From NCBI GenBank assembly GCA_004764695.1, contig SMSO01000031.1, positions 7,856,761 to 7,920,760 of the forward strand: 64,000 bases of DNA, in the 5' to 3' direction. Origin of the DNA: Schizochytrium sp. TIO01 (lineage: Eukaryota > Protista > Bigyra: Labyrinthulomycetes). The translations under genes were made by a program, and so were the position numbers. Shown piece after piece: positions 24,701 through 34,909 of this stretch; position 1 is the first letter of the stretch; every line of letters begins with the position of its first letter. The notes below the pieces were generated by a model. The model was not told the origin of the DNA. It made no database searches and worked only from the letters and a program-made list of their open reading frames with translations.

Positions 24701-27700
24701 TTCCCAACGATATGCAAACCTACAATCGCATGGACACTCCTACGAGGGTCGGTCAGAGATAGGCTTCAGGACAGACATCAATCTGGTCAGGCTAGCATTG
24801 TCAACCTTGGCAAATCCACGGGCCTTTAAGGACAGAGGGTTGTTCTCGCTCGTGCTGATCAAAGAATATATGCGCTGTGCATCAATATCTCAATCGACGC
24901 GTCATCCCACGAAACGCTACGAGTGGTTTTGGTCTTCAAGTCTAATGGCGATTTTCCCAGCAACAGCTTAGATGTTTGCTGCGTTTGCTCTTGACAGGAA
25001 AAACGCCACGGCTCAATTAAAGTGAAGCACACGCATGGTTTTCGTTTCCCTTGTGTACTTTTCAGCTACCGAGAACCCTTTCTGCCAGGTATACTGACCT
25101 CCTAAGAATAACGATAAAGACAATCCGCAGGTTCTTCAGCTTTCATAGTTTGTCGTAGGCAGGCAGTCATATCGAAAAGGTTTCTTCGGCGTCGGATTGC
25201 GATTCCTCAGAATCCGCGCACGGAGCGTTTCGGGGATTTAAGGCAGGATTTTGATTGTATAATCAGAATGCATAAAGCAGGATCTCCAATTTCAAGGTCA
25301 ATATACCAACCAGCTTCAATAAAACGGCGTGCTTTCATTGACCGCACGAGGATGCCACATCGAATAACCTGACGAGAAAACAGCGACGAGAGAACGATTG
25401 TCGTTTTTTGTTCCTTTTGGAATTGCTTGGGTGTCTTATTTTGGAACCCAGAAGGGCCGATTGTAGATATACTACCTACTACCTCAGGCTACAAGTACTT
25501 CGAGGGACCATCGTCCACAATGCTAAGAGAGAAAGTAAACCTTAAGAACCCATAGGCGGCTACCTGAACTTTAAGTTCGACGAAAGCATTAGGCTATTAA
25601 AGTCATTTTATCTCAGAAAGCACCAACTTGAACTCTTTTTTTTTTTTTTAAATTAAAAAAAAAGTGGAAAATAATAAATCAAATCAAATCAGAGTTCAAG
25701 TTACTGCGATAAATCCAATGCACCTTTATAGTTGTAGATCTGACTCGCCACCAGCACCCTTCAACCTGGAAAAGCCAACCGCAGACTGAAAAGTAGCAGC
25801 TATTGTGCACCGGAGGGGTTGATGCATCAAAGAGGCTGAGGGTAATATCAGCAACTCGCCCAAGATCGTGCATACAATGTCAAAACGCCAACTTTTCATT
25901 CTGACTGCTCCTTCTTTTTAGCTTAATTTAATTTTAAAAAGAAAAAAGAAGAAAAAAGAAGGTGAATAAACAAATGAAGAACACCGACCTTTTTGGCCAA
26001 CGATAGCGGTGCCTTTGCACTGATTGAGCGGCACCAGACCTCCCACGGATGAATAGGCCGAGCACTCCAGGGCCAAGTTAAGATCCTGTCATCTCTTTCT
26101 CCAAGGTATCCGCTTCCTACGTCGCCTCCTCCGCCTTTGGCTCAGAGTACAGATAGTTTTCAGGAATTAATGAGCTGTGCAATCATTGCCAGATATCGAA
26201 ATAGCCACGAGATACAGAGACCGAAAAGAGAGGATTGATTGCCATCTCTGCAAGGCGGGGCGTGTCTTGCAGCCGAGGAGAATCACATCAGCGCCACAAC
26301 CACAGCGTAGCGGCAAGCTACGCCCGACCCGCGCTGTGACCGCAACTTCGATTCTGGCTTTGCTTTCTTATGTGCCTAATATGTAGGGCGGACATAGTGC
26401 GGTCACAGAGTAGCTACAGAGCGGGCCATTTTGCCCTACATGGCCATGCTTTTGGCCATCTTGTCAAAAGCTTTTGAGCAATGCGGTGCAGTGATGGCGA
26501 GGAAAGTCTTCTCGGGAAGGCAAGAGCCCGCTAGCCAGCTGGGTATGCAAGCTGAAGATTGCATGTATGGGGACTTGGAGGGCTGAGGCTACCGCTGTTA
26601 TTTCCTAAAAACAAACATTGAAACTACCAAACTATTTTATTATTACTATTACTATGAAAATAAACATAGGCCATGTGTTATTTTCTTTTTATGAACGGAA
26701 AATATAAACTTTGAACTGAAACTTGAAAAGAACTCAGGAAATGAAGCAAAATGATTTGTAAATGAAAATTTAAAGGGGATACGTAGCGCTGAGCCTCCTC
26801 AATCATATGATTTGTAATGCAGATACCTCTTTTCGAGAAAAGGCGCGTCTCACCAAAGCTGTTATTGCGCCTACTTGCGTTGTAAGTATGGATATGATTT
26901 AGAAGTTGAAGAAGTAAAGTTTTTGTACAAAGCAAGAAAAAGAAAAGGAAAGCATACCGGCTGCTGCGCTTACTCTCCTTTAGTTTAAAAGTAATCATCA
27001 ATTGTTGTCGCGCCATCCAGACCTCCACGGCTATAATGAAACCGATGAGAACACACTTCGATGATGAAAGGGGATATCGGGTAATGCATTCCAAAAAAGG
27101 GCAGCTCCAACCTTGACTCTGTACACCTTCACGTTGAGATCTTCTCTTCAAGTGCTATATTCAGTACCTTGAGGGTAAACGATTACATGGGTATTGCTCA
27201 AATACAAAAACCTAAGAATTGGCCTACCAGCTATTGGAAGCCACCCAAATTTGCCATGTAACGTTATACTTAGATTTGCGAGAATCATTTCAGACTCTGT
27301 AAAGATCGTAAGTTGTCTTTTAGAAACGTGTGCAAGTAAATTATAACTATGCTGATCTTATCATCACCGATTTCTACTGCTCGGCAGCGCATAAACTCGT
27401 GTGCTTAGCCCATTCCAAACATGAATTAAGCTCGTCCACCTCTGTATCAACCAACACCTCTACCCACCCTGAGAACCCGGGGGGTGGGGCGGGCACCATT
27501 GGTTTGATGAGTCGAAACTGTATTCTATGCTCAACGTTGATTCTGGTTGACATAATCTTCAGCGGGAAAGTTGGCCGTTCGGGCGGACAGAAAGCCCACG
27601 CTGCAATCTGCAACTCCAGAGTCCTGCGAGCATATTAATGTATTTAATTGAGAGGCAGGAGCCATACGAAATGTTTGATTTCCAAAGACAATGAATTACC

Positions 27701-29087
27701 TCGGCCTAGATATGCTTCTGATTTTCAAGTAAGCATCCTTTAAAGACACTGCAGCGCCTCTCTAAAATCTAGACAAGCATTCTGCCTTCTCAAAGCCCAG
27801 CTGTAAAAAATATAGGCAAATCAAAATTCGTGCAGGTGACTGGTCCATTGTATCTCGTTACGTTTCATGTTTATTCATGCAAACACTTTGCACATATCCG
27901 TAGTAGATATACTGCTATTCGGAAGCCTTATCCCTGCGTGGGCTTTCTGCGTCGCCACCTGGAGTGTGAAGAAAATGCTAGACTGCAATTACTTGTTGAT
28001 GGTGTATCTGTAAATATCTTAAAGAAGTATTTCTAGGTTCCTATATTAAAATACTACAGCGTTTAGGGTCGTGTATAAACGTTGTGAGTCTCTTTGAGCA
28101 GTAACACTGTCGTCCAGTTCAAACTACGAGTCATAGATGCTAGATTCAACATATTCTAGCTCTCTGTATCCCAACGTTCATTAGTCACGATTTTTATATT
28201 TGTCGATTTTGCGAACGGATACATAATAATTCCGATGTAGATATGCCACACTTCTTAAGTGGCATTAGCACCATTGATCACCTCCCTCAAAGCACCATTT
28301 GCTCTCGCTGGCTATCATCTTAAGTTTTGTCAGCGAGCGAAGCACTTCAGTTCTCTGATGAGTATTACACCTGATAACTAAGATCAGTCTGTGCTCCCAG
28401 CCCCGATAATCTGGCGAGACGAAGGCTCTCATGTATTGTAGTCTACTTGTACCTCCCTCTCATCATACTTGCGAAAGACCTATAACCTATTTGCGACCGG
28501 AGTATAACCTACTTACGAAGCGGCTATAGCCCACTTGCGCTGCAATGACCCAATTCCCCTACGTAGGAAGGACGAGGAAAATGGGAATCGCATTTCTTCC
28601 CTTTTCTCAGTGAACTTGAAGAACATTGACAACTTATGCTCGGAGACCAGACAGACCAAAGGACATCAGCACGACCAGCAGAGTGAACGAGGTCATCATA
28701 GCCAGCCTCGACGACAATATCACCACCAATGTGCGATCGAAGACGCAAGGAAAGGCGCCTGACCAGTACAGCGAAGGAAGCAAATAGAAGAAGAGCACAT
28801 CACATGCGAAGGTAAGAGTGCAATAGTAAGTTCGCTAGTAAGTACCATCATAGAAAGAAGAAGAAGAAGAAGAAGAAGAAGAAAGGAAATACAAATATAC
28901 TCATCGAAGAAGAGAGAAGTAGGAGACGAAGCGAGAGAAGTCCGCTCATTCCGGTTAGCTTGGCGCTCGGCGCGGGCGAAGGCAGTTCCCGCGAACGGGG
29001 AACCCTCGCTTGGTCCGGTCAGCAGCGTAGCCGTCGTCTGACGGGAAGTCAGTCACACACTGAAATTTGGCGATTGCGCGAAGAATA

Positions 29088-30932
29088 ATGTTGCAGCAGC
29101 TCGTCGCGTCAAGGGTTGCCGCGAGTGCGGCCTCGAGGAGCCCAGCAGCATGGCGGAGGCCGAGCTCTGTGAGAAGCCTCACTTGGCCACACCAGCTTCG
29201 CTTCCTCCAAGGTGCCTCTGGCGCGACCTACGCCAAGCGCAGCAGCGAGTTGCCCACTAATGAGTCCAGCAGTGCCCCAAACGAGTCCAAAGACGGCAAC
29301 GTTGACTCGCAAAGCGGAGATATAAGCAAACATCCAGGTAGAAACAGTGAGCTTCACGGTGGCGCCAAACATTCCGTCGAAAATGAGGATACTGATAGTA
29401 TGGAGAAGCGGTCCGATGAGACCATGGAATTTACTGAGAGCGGACAAGAGAATGGCCCAACCGACGCCAAGTCTGGGAACGCAGTAGCAGCCACAGCAGC
29501 CCGTGACAGTCTTCCAGTGAGTGCTGGGCACTTGCTTCAGAAGAGGCAAAGACGCGAGCCGTTTTCTGAGGCCGAGATGCAATGGTTTGTGAGGTCCTGC
29601 GTAGATATGCGTCCCGAGGTCCTGGGACCTGAGCAGGCAAGCGCACTTCTTATGAGTATGAGCATGGAGGAGAAGTTTGGGGGCCTCACGACAAACGAAA
29701 CTGTGCATATGGCCAAAGCTATTGCAGATTCTGGAGAGAAAGTTGATCTGCATCAGGATGGGGTTCCTAGTATTAGCCTCTTCAGCGGTGTTGGGGACAA
29801 GACCTCGCTAATTGTGGTGCCAGTCTGCGCATCGTGTGGAGTACGAGTGCCCAAGATCTCGGACCGGGGGTTCATCGGAGGAATTGTTGATAAATTAGAG
29901 TGTATTCCAGGATTTCGCGTCAAATTGGCCAAGGATGAGTTCGTTCGCATCGTTCATGAAGTCAACGCAGCGATTATTGCGCCCTTTCCGAACATTGTGC
30001 CTGCAGACGAACCGTTGAGGCGTTTGCGTGAACTTCTTTTCATTACCGAAAATCTCCCCCTAATGGCTGCCTCTGTGGTTGGCAAAAAGCTAGCTGGAGG
30101 TTCGCAATCTTTTCTCTTTGATGTCAAGACAGGATCTGGAAATGCTCTTGAAGACGTCGACGTTGCAGTGGAATTTGCTCAAAAGCTGGTCACGGTTGCG
30201 CGAGGTGCTAATCGCACGGCCTCTGCATTTGTTACCAGCATGCAACAACCATTAGGCTACGCTATTGGTAGCTATATCGAACTAGTTGAGTGTTTACGCA
30301 TCCTCGATGGGGAGCGGAACCCTGCGGGTAATTTGCGTGATATTGGTTTCCTCCTGTCTGCGCAGGTTTTGCTCCAGTCTGGCAAGTGCTCTACACTTGA
30401 AGATGGATATAATATGGCTGTCGAGGCGGTCACCTCAGGTAAAGCTATGGAAACCTTTAAGCGAATGGTGCATGCCCAGGGTGGGGATGTAGATTTCATT
30501 GCTCGTGCTGTTCAGGATGGGCCTACACCCTACACAGTAGCACGAAGCATCCACGTGCCAGTGGAGGCTGAAGATCTTCGCAGGGTCGAGGCCGATCTAA
30601 CTGTAGATAGTAACATGGACGAGTCCACGCGCATCGTAGGCATTGACACACTTGCGCTTGGGGAACTCGGAAAAAAAATTGGCGCCTTTCGATCGGTCGC
30701 ATCAGATGAAATTGACTTTGGTAGTGGTATTGAGCTTCACCGCGCGCTGTCTGAAGCCGTGGTTCCTGGCGATGTCCTTTGCACCATCCATACCAATAAC
30801 ACACGCATCTCTGAAGCGGACCTTTGCAAGGCTGCTCGTCAAGCTTTTACCTTCCAGCGCGGGCCTGTGTCTTCGCAACCTCTTATCTTCTCTTTTGTTG
30901 ATGGGTCAGGGGGGATCACAGACCTTAGCTAG
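29088..30932 (+). CDS. Thymidine/pyrimidine-nucleoside phosphorylase-like protein with predicted mitochondrial presequence and degenerate active site
   Basis: GVGDKTSL, VPKIS.RG, DKLECIPG, GKKLAGG, DVKTGSG, MQQPLGYAIG and FKRMVHAQGGD are TP/PyNP motifs. The N-terminus is Arg/Ser/Ala-rich and lacks acidic residues. Confidence 0.9.
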   Translation: MLQQLVASRVAASAASRSPAAWRRPSSVRSLTWPHQLRFLQGASGATYAKRSSELPTNESSSAPNESKDGNVDSQSGDISKHPGRNSELHGGAKHSVENEDTDSMEKRSDETMEFTESGQENGPTDAKSGNAVAATAARDSLPVSAGHLLQKRQRREPFSEAEMQWFVRSCVDMRPEVLGPEQASALLMSMSMEEKFGGLTTNETVHMAKAIADSGEKVDLHQDGVPSISLFSGVGDKTSLIVVPVCASCGVRVPKISDRGFIGGIVDKLECIPGFRVKLAKDEFVRIVHEVNAAIIAPFPNIVPADEPLRRLRELLFITENLPLMAASVVGKKLAGGSQSFLFDVKTGSGNALEDVDVAVEFAQKLVTVARGANRTASAFVTSMQQPLGYAIGSYIELVECLRILDGERNPAGNLRDIGFLLSAQVLLQSGKCSTLEDGYNMAVEAVTSGKAMETFKRMVHAQGGDVDFIARAVQDGPTPYTVARSIHVPVEAEDLRRVEADLTVDSNMDESTRIVGIDTLALGELGKKIGAFRSVASDEIDFGSGIELHRALSEAVVPGDVLCTIHTNNTRISEADLCKAARQAFTFQRGPVSSQPLIFSFVDGSGGITDLS

Positions 30933-31562
30933 TTTGTCTGAAAGTCAAAATTCTAATTTATTTCATTCTTTCTGATTTGTTTTCAATCTCCAAATGTTCG
31001 AATAACCCAGATTTTGTTCAATAGAGAAAACACCTTGATGACTTATGAACCTGAAACGAGCACTGCAAACACCTCTTCATGAGTTAACAGCCCATATTCT
31101 CTCTGTGTTGGTGTTGGTTAAGGAAAGCCATTTTGAAATTAAGGATAGGACATGCCTTCGTGGAGAAAAGAGATTCATCTTTTAAGGCTTCGACGTATAG
31201 GTCGAAGATGACCTTCAAAACATTTATGCGTTGTGCACACACCTGGTAAGAAACTTTACATATTAAGACTACTTACCTATCATCATAGAAGGTAGGTGTC
31301 AGTAGTACTTGTGAGATAGAGTCCGCGCCTCCATTTTGTTCATTTTGTCATCTGGAGCTCTCTATCCTAACTCAGGCGCTGGAGTTTGATCTGTAGGGGC
31401 CAAGACACGGTCTCCCAGGGTCTTTACGTTGGATGAGCTTATTTCGCTTTAAAACATTAACATCTGTACCTATATAGGGAACCATACGCAGCTCTTTTAG
31501 ACATCGCAATTGCGTGCGCGCAGATGAAAAGCAGTGGTGTTCTAGCTTAGTTGAGCTGCAAT

Positions 31563-33731
31563 ATGCGACGTGGTACAGTCGACCCAGATGGACTCAGGCA
31601 TGTCCAGGTAGACACATTGCGAAGGCCAGCTCGAGGGAGCAATGTAGAAGCTTTCAGTCGAACTGAGCTTGAACGCATGCTCACCAAGTCAAAAAAGAAG
31701 CGTGAGAAACTAGCAAATAATGCTGACTTTGCAGCACTTCTCCAGAACATGGAGGCTGCTAAGCGCAAAGAGAAAGTTGAAGATGCTTTCCGGCAAGTAA
31801 TGGCTCCAGACCCTACCCTCCCTACCTCTCAGGAGCTCGCTGATACTTCTCACGAGAGAGTCTCAGGTGTTTTCTCCATGCGAGGACAACCATATGTTCC
31901 CCTAGGCGGGGATATCTTTCTCCAGCTTGGACCAAAACCAGATGTTTCTAATAACCCTCCACCTTCAACGTGTAGAGGGCCCCTCACAAAAGAGGCAATA
32001 CAACGGATGCGCCTCAATGAGCCTGACAACGTGAGCCTTGCTCCAAGCGAACGAACATCAATTTCGAGTGCTAAACCTGCAGCCAATACTGCGAAACGTA
32101 CCCCATCTGAGGCAACGAATACTGTCCCTGCTGACAGCTCAATAAATAGCCAAGGAAATTCTACAGCACAACGCTTGCCTCATTCTTCAAAGCGAAGGAC
32201 ACAACTTAATCTTGCACCATCAACAGAGGTACATACTTTCCCACGCGAAGAAGTCCAGCGAGGCACGCTCCGTAAACAACAGGTTCATATTGGCAAGCAA
32301 GGGTTCGGAGAACTTTTACGCTCCCCCGACGAAGTTGCCTATAACCTGAAACTATTAGCCAATAATCAAACGAAGAATGAGTCTGTTCTCCGTCCTGCAG
32401 AACCACTTCCTGCAAGTAAAGGTATCCCACGAGTCATGCAAAACACAGCTGAAAGGATGGTTGCTGAACTTTATGATGAATTTTCAGACGATGAAGAGAC
32501 AGCGTTTGAGACAGAAATAAAAAGTAACATAAGAGCAGCACGTGCTCAGCAGCATGGTAACTATGCCCCTCGACCGCCAGACCAGCCCCCAGGCGATGCG
32601 CCTAGAACCTCGAATCCAAGAAGGTTGCGGCGCTCCTCATTTATGCGAGCACAGACCTTCCTTGCCGCTCAGAAACGTGTTGATTACGTAGCAAAGCTTG
32701 AGCATAAAATGCAGTCCCTGGAACGATCACTTTATGCAGCGTACGAATCTCGAAAGAAGGCAAATAAATCAACCCCACGACATAGGTTGCCTTTACGCTC
32801 AGGCCGTGCTATTAGGGGAACCCAAGTTAGGGCTACAACAATTCTTCAAGCGCATTTGGCGCTCCAGGCAAAAGAGATTGATGAGCGAACAAAACTGCAA
32901 CATAATCCAACAGAACCATACGATACGTTGACTTCAGAAAACCTGATGCGGCAAGTGAACGAATTTCGCACAAAGAGGGACAATCTCCAGAGAGAGCTAC
33001 GCTACGAGTTATTACGCAGACATCTTGCTAGATTCCACGCTATTGAAACTGATCAACAGTACGTTACAACAACGCAAAAGGTCATTCGTCGTGTTGAAAG
33101 GCACTTAGATGCAAAGCCTCGACGAGGTCGATCTCACAGACGTTCACCCTCGCCAGACCAGCTCGCCTCTTTCAAAAGCGACACTAAATCAGAACGCCCT
33201 AATCATTTGTCTCTCGTCTCCAATGGGTTGGAGGACCTCACTTCCTCAATGTCAATTCGAAAACGCGCCCTGGCATTAACAACAGGTGCCAGCCTTGAGC
33301 TTTCATGGAAATTACATCAATCTTTTAATGAAAAGCAGGGGAAATCGCCTCTACTAATTACTACACCTTCGCATGGACGACCTTCGCCGATTGTTAAATC
33401 TATCCGAAGAGGTCCATGGCATGTATCCAAAAGGAGCTTGCCCGTACGCGGGTCCATATACGAAATGGCACTATTTTATGCTGCCGAGTTTGCACAAAAT
33501 CCTGCAGATGTTGAAGATGAACTTCAGATACTATTAGACCATATTCATGTCGCTCTTGGAGATCGCACAGACCCTCTTCGTGAAAAAGAGCTACGTGCTG
33601 TGCTGCGTACTGCACCGACACCTTGTGTTCACCATGGAGGCTGCAAAAAACTTATTAACTACCTCGCTGAGGCATTTGCCAGCGATACAGCACCATCTCC
33701 ACAGTTCCCGTCCACATCATCCAGCGCATGA
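31563..33731 (+). CDS. Hypothetical protein (about 722 aa; disordered and coiled-coil segments)
   Basis: Long uninterrupted ORF; first ATG at 31563; no family recognised. Confidence 0.8.
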   Translation: MRRGTVDPDGLRHVQVDTLRRPARGSNVEAFSRTELERMLTKSKKKREKLANNADFAALLQNMEAAKRKEKVEDAFRQVMAPDPTLPTSQELADTSHERVSGVFSMRGQPYVPLGGDIFLQLGPKPDVSNNPPPSTCRGPLTKEAIQRMRLNEPDNVSLAPSERTSISSAKPAANTAKRTPSEATNTVPADSSINSQGNSTAQRLPHSSKRRTQLNLAPSTEVHTFPREEVQRGTLRKQQVHIGKQGFGELLRSPDEVAYNLKLLANNQTKNESVLRPAEPLPASKGIPRVMQNTAERMVAELYDEFSDDEETAFETEIKSNIRAARAQQHGNYAPRPPDQPPGDAPRTSNPRRLRRSSFMRAQTFLAAQKRVDYVAKLEHKMQSLERSLYAAYESRKKANKSTPRHRLPLRSGRAIRGTQVRATTILQAHLALQAKEIDERTKLQHNPTEPYDTLTSENLMRQVNEFRTKRDNLQRELRYELLRRHLARFHAIETDQQYVTTTQKVIRRVERHLDAKPRRGRSHRRSPSPDQLASFKSDTKSERPNHLSLVSNGLEDLTSSMSIRKRALALTTGASLELSWKLHQSFNEKQGKSPLLITTPSHGRPSPIVKSIRRGPWHVSKRSLPVRGSIYEMALFYAAEFAQNPADVEDELQILLDHIHVALGDRTDPLREKELRAVLRTAPTPCVHHGGCKKLINYLAEAFASDTAPSPQFPSTSSSA

Positions 33732-34813
33732 ATGCAGCAGCGCCCCAAAGATTAAACGCTCGGAAAATATCGCCTTGGCGGATAGCTCGAAGGCCTTTAT
33801 GCCACATATGTGTTGAAAATGGGACAAAGACGTGGTCGCTGATATCAGCGGCTTGGAAATTCTCTAATTTGATACAGTCATTTCCACCGATGCCAGCTAC
33901 TACCTCATTGAGTGATGCCTTCGAGTAAAGTAGATTTTCTAAAGGCACACCAGCGCATGCAGATATCACGGTAATCAGACTCACGTGCACTGGAGCACGC
34001 CACCAAAGTTGCCACCAGCCCAGAAAACCGCTATACTTTTCATCAGGCTTCCACAAATCACAACTTCCCAAGATATCTGCAGCAGCAAAAGACGAACCCG
34101 GGCGCATAACTCTTGCCAGTTTATATAGCAGCTCTCGACGGGTATGCACATGGTATAGTGCATCCACTGCGGTTCCCAGGGCAAAGTTAAAGCCGAGTTT
34201 GGATATTGTTATCAACATAATCAGGCATGCAATTGCAATAGGAATAAACCCAAGTTTTCTTGCAAATTAGTCACACTCTTTGAACATATTCTCTTCTTGA
34301 ATTTTATATTGGATGTCAACAAACCTTCCCAATCCCGTGGCGTAGCGCCACAAACTACGTACCTGAAACGACGGTCTGAACATCACTGAAGAAATCTTCG
34401 CCTCTGTGCACAGTATCAAGTGCGTCCTCGCAGAGCACTTTGATATTTCCTTCGCCCCTGATGGCTTCTTCTGCGCTATTACATTCTGCCTGCGTGCAGT
34501 TCACGCCAACAATACCAGCGTCCTGCGCAAACTCACGTCGCCAAAGCACAAGGCTCGCTCCGCAACCACAGCCAATATCCAGCACCAGGCGAGAACTATT
34601 TTCGCTGCTCTGCCCGAGACTCTTCGAGTCGACAAATGAGCCAGGCTCAAGTGATGCCGCAGAACCTACAGCGCGTGCGAGGTCAGAGCAAGCGTCTACA
34701 TACGCCATTGATGCACCACGGACCCAGAACCCGAGGTTGATCCATCGTTCGTGCGGTGCTGGACTGCAGTCCGCAAAGACACACGGGTCCAGCGGCGCGT
34801 ACGAGTGGGACAT
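33655..34813 (-). CDS. Class I SAM-dependent methyltransferase, 2 exons (34813-34363, 34166-33655)
   Basis: WINLGFW and motif I VLDIGCGCGASL in exon 1; a GTACGT...GCAG intron joins to give VVSVDALYH...ARVMRPG. Confidence 0.85.
34167..34362 (-). other. Spliceosomal intron (196 bp)
   Basis: GTACGT donor and CAG acceptor; removal restores the frame and a methyltransferase motif. Confidence 0.85.
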
Positions 34814-34909
34814 TGCTACGAGCTGCCCCAAGTTCGGACCGGAGCTTAATCGCGGATCCCGAGCTAGTTTGGCCTTGGCTTTGGTTTTTGCTTTGCATCA
34901 AACTGTGAA

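Noticed and set aside
29109-29753. Antisense and alternate-frame ORFs inside the long genes (e.g. 29109-29753, 47815-48489, 19870-20358)
   Set aside because: Expected shadow ORFs of coding sequence with no independent motifs.
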